From Eledone cirrhosa (Eukaryota): 64,000 bases of DNA. Both the position numbers and the translations under genes were made by a program. Position 1 is the first letter of the stretch; every line of letters begins with the position of its first letter. The notes beneath the pieces are model-generated. The model saw only the letters and a list, made by a program, of their open reading frames with translations. It had not been told where the DNA came from and did not search any database. The DNA lies in assembly GCA_964016885.1 (NCBI GenBank), contig OZ024740.1, positions 279,434,001 through 279,498,000 on the forward strand. Direction: 5' to 3'. Shown one piece after another: positions 41,451 through 51,972 of the stretch.

Positions 41451-42654
41451 GACTTGGAGTGAGAACCTCGACTTGGAGTGAAAACCTCGACTTGGAGTGA
41501 AAACCTCGACTTGGAGTGAAAACCTCGACTTGGAGTGAGAACCTCGACTTGGAGTGAGAACCTCGACTTGGAGTGAGAACCTCGACTTGGAGTGAGAACC
41601 TCGACTTGGAGTGGAAACCTCGACTTGGAGTGAAAACCTCGACTTGGAGTGAAAACCTCGACTTGGAGTGAGAACCTCGACTTGGAGTGAGAACCTCGAC
41701 TTGGAGTGAAAACCTCGACTTGGAGTGAGAACCTCGACTTGGAGTGAGAACCTCGACTTGGAGTGAGAACCTCGACTTGGAGTGAGAACCTCGACTTGGA
41801 GTGTAAACTGCGACTCTGAGTGAAAACCTCGACTTGGAGTGAGAACCTCGACTTGGAGTGAAAACCTCGACTTGGAGTGAAAACCTCGACTTGGAGTGAG
41901 AACCTCGACTTGGAGTGAAAACCTCGACTTGGAGTGAGAACCTCGACTTGGAGTGAGAACCTCGACTTGGAGTGAGAACCTCGACTTGGAGTGAGAACCT
42001 CGACTTGGAGTGAAAACCTCAACTTGGAGTGAGAACCTCGACTTGGAGTGAGAACCTCGACTTGGAGTGAGAACCTCGACTTGGAGTGTAAACTGCGACT
42101 CTGAGTGAAAACCTCGACTTGGAGTGAGAACCTCGACTTGGAGTGAAAACCTCGACTTGGAGTGAAAACCTCGACTTGGAGTGAAAACCTCGACTTGGAG
42201 TGAGAACCTCGACTTGGAGTGAAAACCTCGACTTGGAGTGAGAACCTCGACTTGGAGTGAAAACCTCGACTTGGAGTGAGAACCTCGACTTGGAGTGAAA
42301 ACCTCGACTTGGAGTGAGAACCTCGACTTGGAGTGAGAACCTCGACTGATCCATTTTTTATTTGGGCGATCCATTTTTTATTTGGGTGATCCATTTTTTA
42401 TTTGGGTGATCCATTTTTTATTTGAAGGATCCATTTTTTTTGGGGGGGATCCATTTTTTATTTGGCGGATCCATTTTTTATTTGGGGGATCCATTTTTTA
42501 TTTGGGGGATCCATTTTTTATTTGGGTGATCCATTTTTTATTTGGGTGATCCAGTTTTTATTTGGGTGATCCATTTTTTGTTTGGGGGATCCATTTTTTA
42601 TTTGGGGGATCCATTTTTTATTTGGGGGAACCATTTTTTATTTGGAAGAGCCAT

Positions 42655-42909
42655 CAGATAAAAAATGAATCCCCCAAATAAAAAATGGATCCCTCAAATA
42701 AAAAATGGATCACCCAAATAAAAAATAGATCACCCAAATTAAAAATGGATACCCCTAATAAAAAATGGATCAACCAAATAAAAAATGGATCACCCAAATA
42801 AAAAATGGATCACCCAAATAAAAACTGGATCCCCCAAATAAAAAATGGATCACCCAAATAGATAATGGATCCCCCAAATAAAAAATGGATCCGCCAAATA
42901 AAAAGGGGA
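42655..42909 (-). repeat. Inverted block 1 of the 20-bp satellite
   Basis: A-rich GGATC[A/C]CCCAAATAAAAAAT units; degenerate J1 entry, J2 exit. Confidence 0.95.
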
Positions 42910-43907
42910 TCCATTTTTTATTTGGGAGATCCATTTTTTATTAGGGTGATCCATTTTTTATTTGGTGGATCCATTTTTTATTTGGGTGATCCATTTTTTA
43001 TTTTTTGGATCCATTTTTTATTTGGGCGATCCATTTTTTATTTGGGTGATCCATTTTTAATTTGGGTGATCCATTTTTTATTTGGGGGATCCAATTTTTA
43101 TTTGGGTGATCTATTTTTTATTTGGGAGATCCATTTTTTATTTGGGGGTCCATTTTTTATTTGGGTGATCCATTTTTTATTTGGGTGATCCATTTTTTAT
43201 TTTTTGGATCCATTTTTTATTTGGGCGATACATTTTTTATTTCGGTGATCCATTTTTTATTTGGGTGATCCATTTTTTATTTGGGTGATCCATTTTTTAT
43301 TTGGGGTTCCATTTTTTATTTGGGGGATCCATTTTTTATTTGGGGGATGCATTTTCTATTTGGGTGATCCATTTTTTATTTGGGTGATCCATTTTTTGGG
43401 GGGGGCATTTTTTATTTGGGTGATCCATTTTTTATTTGGGGGATCCATTTTTTATTTGGGTGATCCATTTTTTATTTTTTGGATCCATTTTTTATTTGGG
43501 CGATCCATTTTTTATTTGGGTGATCCATTTTTTATTTGGGTGATCCATTTTTTATTTGAGGGATCCATTTTTTGGGGGGGGGATCCATTTTTTATTTGGG
43601 GGATCCATTTTTTATTTGGGGGATCCATTTTTTATTTGGGGGATCCATTTTTTATTTGGGGGATCCATTTTTTATTTGGGTGATCCATTTTTTATTTGGG
43701 GGATCCAGTTTTTATTTGGGTGATCCATTTTTTGTTTGGGGGATCCATTTTTTATTTGGGTGAGCTATTTTTTATTTGGGGGATCCATTTTTATTTGGGG
43801 GATCCATTTTTTATTTGGGGGATCCATTTTTTATTTGGGTGATCCATTTTTTATTTGGGGGATCCATTTTTTATTTGGGTGATCCATTTTTTATTTGGGA
43901 GATCCAT

Positions 43908-44240
43908 CAAATAAAAAATGGATCCCCCAAATAAAAAATGGATCCCTCAAATAAAAAATGGATCACCCAAATAAAAAATGGATCACCCAAATTAAAAATG
44001 GATACCCCTAATAAAAAATGGATCAACCAAATGAAAAATGGATCACCCAAATAAAAATGGATCCCCCAAATAAAAAATGGATCACCAAATAAAAAATGGA
44101 TCACCCAAATAAAAAATGGATCCCCCAAATAAAAAATGGATCACCCAAATAAAAACTGGATCCCCCAAATAAAAAATGGATCACCCAAATAGATAATGGA
44201 TCCCCCAAATAAAAAATGGATCCGCCAAATAAAAAGGGGA
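43908..44240 (-). repeat. Inverted block 2 of the 20-bp satellite
   Basis: A-rich units; J1 entry (GGGAGATCCATCAAAT), J2 exit. Confidence 0.95.
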
Positions 44241-45653
44241 TCCATTTTTTATTTGGGAGATCCATTTTTATTTGGGTGATCCACTTTTTATTTGGGGGAT
44301 CCATTTTTTATTTGGGTGATACATTTTTTATTTGAATGATCCATTTTTTATTTGGGTGATCCATTTTTTATTTGGGGGATCCATTTTTTATTTGGGTGAT
44401 CCATTCTTTATTTGGGGGATCCATTTTTATTAGGGTGATCCATTTTTTATTTGGGGGATCCACTTTTTATTTGGGGGATCCATTTTTTATTTGAGTGATC
44501 CATTCTTTATTTGAGGGATCCATTTTTTATTTGGGTGATTCATTTTTTATTTGGGTGATCCATTTTTTCTTTGGGGGATCCATTTTTTATTTGGGCGATC
44601 CATTTTTTATTTGGGTGATCCATTTTTTATTTGGGTGATCCATTTTTTATTTGGGGGATCCATTTTTTATTTGGGTGATCCATTTTTTATTTGGGTGATC
44701 CATTTTTTATTTGGAGGATCCATTTTTTATTTGGGTGATCCATTTTTTATTTGGGGGATCCATTTTTTATTTGGGGGATCCATTTTTTATTTGGGGGATC
44801 CATTTTTTACTTGGGTGATCCATTTTTTATTTGGGGGAACCAGTTTTAATTTGGGTGATCCATTTTTTATTTGGGGGATCCATTTTTTATTTGGGTGATC
44901 CATTTTTTATTTTGGGGATCCAGTTTATATTTGGGGGATCCATTTTTTATTTGGTGGATCCATTTTATATTTGGGTGTTCCATTTTTTATTTGGGTGATC
45001 CATTTTTTATTTGGGGGATCCATTTTTTATTTGGGTGATCCATTTTTTATTTGTGGGATCCATTTTATATTTGGGGGATCCATTTTTTATTTGGGTGATC
45101 CATTTTTTATTTGAGCGATCCATTTTTTATTTGGGGGATCCATTTTTTATTTGGGTGATCCACTTTTTTTTTGGGGGGGGGGCATTTTTTATTTGGGTGG
45201 TCCATTTTTTATTTGGGGGATCCATTTTTTATTTGGGGGATCCATTTTTTATTTGGGTGATCCATTTTTTATTTTTTGGATCCATTTTTTATTTGGGTGA
45301 TCCATTTTTTATTTGGGTGATCCATTTTTTATTTGGGTGATCTATTTTTTATTTGGGGGATCCATTTTTTATTTGGGTGATCCATTTTTTATTTGGGGGA
45401 TCCATTTTTTACTTGGGGGATCCATTTTTTATTTGGGGGATCCATTTTTTATTTGGGTGATTCATTTTTTATTTGGGGTATCCATTTTTTATTTGGGTGA
45501 TCCATTTTTTATTTGGGTGATCCATTTTTTAAATGGCGGATCCATTTTTTATTTGGGTGATCCATTTTTTATTTGGGGGATCCATTTTTTATTTGGATGA
45601 TCCATTTTTTATTTGAGCGATCCATTCTTCTTTATTTGAGGGTTCCATTTTTT

Positions 45654-45959
45654 AAAAAATGGATCACCCAAATAAAAAATGGATCCCCCAAATAAAAAAT
45701 GGTTCCCCCAAATAAAAAATGGATCACCCAAATAAAAAATGGATCACCCAAATAAAAAATGGATCACCAAAATCAAAAATGGATCCCCCAAATAAAAAAT
45801 GGATCCCCCAAATAAAAAATGGATCGCTCAAATAAAAAATGGATCGCTCAAATAAAAAATGGATCACCCAAATAAAAAATGGATCCCCCAAATAAAAAAT
45901 GGATCACCCAAAAATGGATCACCCAAATAAAAAAATGGATCACCCAAATGAAAAATGGA
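45654..45959 (-). repeat. Inverted block 3 of the 20-bp satellite
   Basis: J3 entry (TTTTTT|AAAAAA), reverse-complement J2 exit. Confidence 0.95.
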
Positions 45960-46072
45960 TCCCTTTTTTATTTGGGGGATCCATTTTTTATTTGGGGGAT
46001 CCATTTTTTATTTGGGTGATCCATTTTTTATTTGAGCGATCCATTCTTCTTTATTTGAGGGTTCCATTTTTT

Positions 46073-46148
46073 AAAAAATGGATCACCCAAATAAAAAATG
46101 GATCCCCCAAATAAAAAATGGTTCCCCCAAATAAATGGTTCCCTCAAA
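46073..46148 (-). repeat. Inverted block 4 of the 20-bp satellite
   Basis: J3 entry, J4 exit (CCCTCAAATTTTTATTTG). Confidence 0.9.
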
Positions 46149-46679
46149 TTTTTATTTGAACGATCCATTCTTCTTTATTTGAGGGTTCCATTTTTTATTT
46201 GGGTGATCCATTTTTTATTTTGGTGATCCATTTTTTATTTGGGGGATCCATTTTTTATTTGGGGGATCCATTTTTGATTTGGGTGATCCATTTTTTATTT
46301 GGGTGATCCATTTTTTATTTGGGTGATGCATTTTTTATTTGGGGGAACCATTTTTTATTTGGGGGATCCATTTTTTATTTGGGTGATCCATTTTTTATTT
46401 GGGTGATCCATTTTTTATTTGGTTGATCCATTTTTTATTTGGTTGATCCATTTTTTATTTGGGTGATCCATTTTTTATTTGGGGGATCCATTTTTTATTT
46501 GGGTGATCCATTTTTTATTTGGGGTATCCATTTTTTATTTGGGTGATCCATTTTTTAAATGGGGGATCCATTTTTTATTTGGGTGATCCATTTTTTATTT
46601 GGGGGATCCATTTTTTATTTGGGTGATCCATTTTTTATTTGAGCGATCCATTCTTCTTTATTTGAGGGTTCCATTTTTT

Positions 46680-46985
46680 AAAAAATGGATCACCCAAATA
46701 AAAAAAGGATCCCCCAAATAAAAAATGGTTCCCCCAAATAAAAAATGGATCACCCAAATAAAAAATGGATCACCCAAATAAAAAATGGATCACCAAAATC
46801 AAAAATGGATCCCCCAAATAAAAAATGGATCCCCCAAATAAAAAATGGATCGCTCAAATAAAAAATGGATCGCTCAAATAAAAAATGGATCACCCAAATA
46901 AAAAATGGATCCCCCAAATAAAAAATGGATCACCCAAAAATGGATCACCCAAATAAAAAAATGGATCACCCAAATGAAAAATGGA
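46680..46985 (-). repeat. Inverted block 5 of the 20-bp satellite
   Basis: Copy of block 3 at +1026. Confidence 0.95.
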
Positions 46986-47098
46986 TCCCTTTTTTATTTG
47001 GGGGATCCATTTTTTATTTGGGGGATCCATTTTTTATTTGGGTGATCCATTTTTTATTTGAGCGATCCATTCTTCTTTATTTGAGGGTTCCATTTTTT

Positions 47099-47174
47099 AA
47101 AAAATGGATCACCCAAATAAAAAATGGATCCCCCAAATAAAAAATGGTTCCCCCAAATAAATGGTTCCCTCAAA
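47099..47174 (-). repeat. Inverted block 6 of the 20-bp satellite
   Basis: Copy of block 4 at +1026. Confidence 0.9.
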
Positions 47175-47716
47175 TTTTTATTTGAACGATCCATTCTTCT
47201 TTATTTGAGGGTTCCATTTTTTATTTGGGTGATCCATTTTTTATTTTGGTGATCCATTTTTTATTTGGGGGATCCATTTTTTATTTGGGGGATCCATTTT
47301 TGATTTGGGTGATCCATTTTTTATTTGGGTGATCCATTTTTTATTTGGGTGATGCATTTTTTATTTGGGGGAACCATTTTTTATTTGGGGGATCCATTTT
47401 TTATTTGGGTGATCCATTTTTTATTTGGGTGATCTATTTTTTATTTGGTTGATCCATTTTTTATTTGGTTGATCCATTTTTTATTTGGGTGATCCATTTT
47501 TTATTTGGGGGATCCATTTTTTATTTGGGTGATCCATTTTTTATTTGGGTGATCCATTTTTTATTTGGGGGCCCATTTTTTATTTGGGTGAGCCATTTTT
47601 TATATGGGGGATCCATTTTTTATTTGGGTGATCCATTTTTTATTTGGGTGATCCATTTTTTATTTGGGGGATCCATTTTTTATTTGGGTGATCCATTTTT
47701 TATTTGGGAGATCCAT

Positions 47717-48469
47717 CAAATAAAAAATGGATCACCCAAATGAAAAATGAATCACCCAAATAAAAAATGGATACCTCAAATAAAGAATGGATCACTCAAA
47801 TAAAAAATGGATCACCCAAATAAAAAATGGATCCCCCCAATAAAAAATGGATCACCCAAATAAAAAATGGATCACCCAAATAAAAAATGGATCCCCCAAA
47901 TAAAAAATGGATCACCCAAATAAAAAATGGATCCCCAAATAAAAAATGGATCACCCAAATAAAAAAATGGATCATTCAAATAAAAAATGGATACCTCAAA
48001 TAAAGAATGGATCACTCAAATAAAAAATGGATCACCCAAATAAAAAATGGATCCCCCCAATAAAAAATGGATCACCCAAATAAAAAATGGATCACCCAAA
48101 TAAAAAATGGATCCCCCAAATAAAAAATGGATCACCCAAATAAAAAATGGATCCCCCAAATAAAAAATGGATCCCTCAAATAAAAAATGGATCACCCAAA
48201 TAAAAAATGGATCACCCAAATTAAAAATGGATACCCCTCATAAAAAATGGATCAACCAAATGAAAAATGGATCACCCAAATAAAAATGGAACCCCCAAAT
48301 AAAAAATGGATCACCAAATAAAAAATGGATCACCCAAATAAAAAATGGATCCCCCAAATAAAAAATGGATCACCCAAATAAAAACTGGATCCCCCAAATA
48401 AAAAATGGATCACCCAAATAGATAATGGATCCCCCAAATAAAAAATGGATCCGCCAAATAAAAAGGGGA
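47717..48469 (-). repeat. Inverted block 7 of the 20-bp satellite
   Basis: J1 entry, J2 exit. Confidence 0.95.
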
Positions 48470-49919
48470 TCCATTTTTTATTTGGGAGATCCATTTTTTA
48501 TTTGGGTGATCCACTTTTTATTTGGGGGATCCATTTTTTATTTGGGTGATACATTTTTTATTTGAATGATCCATTTTTTATTTGGGTGATCCATTTTTTA
48601 TTTGGGGGATCCATTTTTTATTTGGGTGATCCATTCTTTATTTGGGGGATCCATTTTTTATTAGGGTGATCCATTTTTCATTTGGGTGATCCATTTTTTA
48701 TTTGGGGGATCCACTTTTTATTTGGGGGATCCATTTTTTATTTGAGTGATCCATTCTTTATTTGAGGGATCCATTTTTTATTTGGGTGATTCATTTTTTA
48801 TTTGGGTGATCCATTTTTTCTTTGGGGGATCCATTTTTTATTTGGGCGATCCATTTTTTATTTGGGTGATCCATTTTTTCTTTGGGTGATCCATTTTTTA
48901 TTTGGGTGATCCATTTTTTATTTGGGGGATCCATTTTTTATTTGGGTGATCCATTTTTTATTTGGGTGATCCATTTTTTATTTGGAGGATCCATTTTTTA
49001 TTTGGGTGATCCATTTTTTATTTGGGGGATCCATTTTTTATTTGGGGGATCCATTTTTTATTTGGGGGATCCATTTTTTACTTGGGTGATCCATTTTTTA
49101 TTTGGGGGAACCAGTTTTAATTTGGGTGATCCATTTTTTATTTGGGGGATCCATTTTTTATTTGGGTGATCCATTTTTTATTTTGGGGATCCAGTTTATA
49201 TTTGGGGGATCCATTTTTTATTTGGTGGATCCATTTTATATTTGGGTGTTCCATTTTTTATTTGGGTGATCCATTTTTTATTTGGGGGATCCATTTTTTA
49301 TTTGGGTGATCCATTTTTTATTTGTGGGATCCATTTTATATTTGGGGGATCCATTTTTTATTTGGGTGATCCATTTTTTATTTGAGCGATCCATTTTTTA
49401 TTTGGGGGATCCATTTTTTATTTGGGTGATCCACTTTTTGGGGGGGGGCCATCTTTATTTGGGTGGTCCATTTTTTATTTGGGGGACCCATTTTTTATTT
49501 GGGGGATCCATTTTTTATTTGGGTGATCCATTTTTTATTTTTTGGATCCATTTTTTATTTGGGTGATCCATTTTTTATTTGGGTGATCCATTTTTTATTT
49601 GGGTGATCTATTTTTTATTTGGGGGATCCATTTTTTATTTGGGTGATCCATTTTTTATTTGGGGGATCCATTTTTTACTTGGGGGATCCATTTTTTATTT
49701 GGGGGATCCATTTTTTATTTGGGTGATCCATTTTTTATTTGGGGGATCCATTTTTTATTTGGGTGATCCATTTTTTATTTGGGTGATCCATTTTTTAAAT
49801 GGGGGATCCATTTTTTATTTGGGTGATCCATTTTTTATTTGGGGGATCCATTTTTTATTTGGGTGATCCATTTTTTATTTGAGCGATCCATTCTTCTTTA
49901 TTTGAGGGTTCCATTTTTT

Positions 49920-50225
49920 AAAAAATGGATCACCCAAATAAAAAATGGATCCCCCAAATAAAAAATGGTTCCCCCAAATAAAAAATGGATCACCCAAATA
50001 AAAAATGGATCACCCAAATAAAAAATGGAACACCAAAATCAAAAATGGATCCCCCAAATAAAAAATGGATCCCCCAAATAAAAAATGGATCGCTCAAATA
50101 AAAAATGGATCGCTCAAATAAAAAATGGATCACCCAAATAAAAAATGGATCCCCCAAATAAAAAATGGATCACCCAAAAATGGATCACCCAAATAAAAAA
50201 ATGGATCACCCAAATGAAAAATGGA
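49920..50225 (-). repeat. Inverted block 8 of the 20-bp satellite
   Basis: Copy of block 5 at +3240. Confidence 0.95.
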
Positions 50226-50338
50226 TCCCTTTTTTATTTGGGGGATCCATTTTTTATTTGGGGGATCCATTTTTTATTTGGGTGATCCATTTTTTATTTG
50301 AGCGATCCATTCTTCTTTATTTGAGGGTTCCATTTTTT

Positions 50339-50414
50339 AAAAAATGGATCACCCAAATAAAAAATGGATCCCCCAAATAAAAAATGGTTCCCCCAAATAA
50401 ATGGTTCCCTCAAA
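50339..50414 (-). repeat. Inverted block 9 of the 20-bp satellite
   Basis: Copy of block 6 at +3240. Confidence 0.9.
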
Positions 50415-50956
50415 TTTTTATTTGAACGGTCCATTCTTCTTTATTTGAGGGATCCATTTTTTATTTGGGTGATCCATTTTTTATTTTGGTGATCCATTTT
50501 TTATTTGGGGGATCCATTTTTTATTTGGGGGATCCATTTTTGATTTGGGCGATCCATTTTTTATTTGGGTGATCCATTTTTTATTTGGGTGATGCATTTT
50601 TTATTTGGGGGAACCATTTTTTATTTGGGGGATCCATTTTTTATTTGGGTGATCCATTTTTTATTTGGGTGATCCATTTTTTATTTGGTTGATCCATTTT
50701 TTATTTGGTTGATCCATTTTTTATTTGGGTGATCCATTTTTTATTTGGGGGATCCATTTTTTATTTGGGTGATCCATTTTTTATTTGGGTGATCCATTTT
50801 TTATTTGGGGGCCCATTTTTTATTTGGGTGAGCCATTTTTTATTTGGGGGATCCATTTTTTATTTGGGTGATCCATTTTTTATTTGGGTGATCCATTTTT
50901 TATTTGGGGGATCCATTTTTTATTTGGGTGATCCATTTTTTATTTGGGAGATCCAT

Positions 50957-51131
50957 CAAATAAAAAATGGATCCCCCAAATAAAAAATGGATCCCCCAAA
51001 TAAAAAATGGATCACCCAAATAAAAACTGGATCCCCCAAATAAAAAATGGATCACCCAAATAGATAATGTATCCCCCAAATAAAAAATGGATCCCTCAAA
51101 TAAAAAATGGATCCCCCAAATAAAAAAGGGA
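50957..51131 (-). repeat. Inverted block 10 of the 20-bp satellite
   Basis: J1 entry, J2 exit. Confidence 0.95.
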
Positions 51132-51758
51132 TCCATTTTTTATTTGGGTGATCCATTTTTTTATTTGGGTGATCCATTTTTTATTTGGGGGATCCATTTT
51201 TTATTTGGGTGATCCATTTTTTATTTGGGTCATCCATTTTTTATTTGGAGGATCCATTTTTTATTTGGGTGATCCATTTTTTATTTGGGTGATCCATTTT
51301 TTATTTGGGGGATCCATTTTTTATTTGGGTGATCCATTTTTTATTTGAATGATCCATTTTTTTATTTGGGTGATCCATTTTTTATTTGGGGGATCCATTT
51401 TTTATTTGGGTGATCCATTTTTTATTTGGGGGATCCATTTTTTATTTGGGTGATCCATTTTTTATTTGGGTGATCCATTTTTTATTGGGGGGATCCATTT
51501 TTTATTTGGGTGATCCATTTTTTATTTGAGTGATCCATTCTTTATTTGAGGTATCCATTTTTTATTTGGGTGATTCATTTTTCATTTGGGTGATCCATTT
51601 TTTATTTGGGGGATCCATTTTTTATTTGGGCGATCCATTTTTTATTTGGCTGATCCAGTTTTTATTTGGGTGATCCATTTTTTATTTGGGTGATACATTT
51701 TTTATTTGGGGGATCCATTTTTTATTTGGGGCATCCATTTTTTATTTGGGAGATCCAT

Positions 51759-51972
51759 CAAATAAAAAATGGATCCCCCAAATAAAAATCGGATCACCAT
51801 ATAAAAAATGGATCACCCAAATAAAAAATGGATCCCCCAAATAAAAAATGGATCACCCAAATAAAAACTGGATCCCCCAAATAAAAAATGGATCACCCAA
51901 ATAGATATTGTATCCCCCAAATAAAAATTGGAACCCTCAAATAAAAAATGGATCCCCCAAATAAAAAAGGGA
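51759..51972 (-). repeat. Inverted block 11 of the 20-bp satellite
   Basis: J1 entry, J2 exit. Confidence 0.95.

Larger units (their letters stand above)
1..42347. repeat. Satellite array A: 19-bp tandem monomer GTGA[A/G]AACCTCGACTTGGA, about 2,229 copies, single orientation, extends past the window start
   Basis: Continuous head-to-tail monomers. Monomer starts fall at 1+19n throughout (e.g. 1141, 11401, 22801, 34201, 42314). About 47-53% GC, with one TCGA (TaqI site, CpG) per monomer. Confidence 0.99.
45490..47540. repeat. Tandem 1,026-bp duplication in array B, each copy containing two inverted blocks; third copy at about 49.7-50.8 kb
   Basis: Palindrome centres at 45654/46680 and 46073/47099. 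Identical pseudo-ORFs at 45899, 46925 and 50165. Confidence 0.9.

Noticed and set aside
381-42104. Forkhead-like site (GTAAAC) in the variant monomer
   Set aside because: The sequence is GTAAACT rather than the canonical RYAAAYA, and a 6-bp match is not meaningful without binding data.
1-42347. Telomerase-type telomeric repeat (long yeast-like unit)
   Set aside because: I do not recognise the monomer as a known telomere repeat. It has little G/C strand skew, and the kb-scale higher-order variant patterns indicate recombinational amplification rather than templated addition.
2149-42394. Long minus-strand ORFs (up to 1,548 aa) of SRFSLQVEVLTPSRGSHSK repeats as protein-coding genes
   Set aside because: They are the direct translation of a stop-free 19-bp monomer and are the same in all three frames. 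Starts and stops arise only from rare variant monomers, the nucleotide period is not a multiple of 3, and there are no unique domains.
42300-42420. Common ancestry of the two monomers (TTGGAGTGA versus TTGGGTGA)
   Set aside because: Similarity is limited to about 8 nt with a gap, the remaining positions do not align, and there are no intermediate monomers at the boundary.
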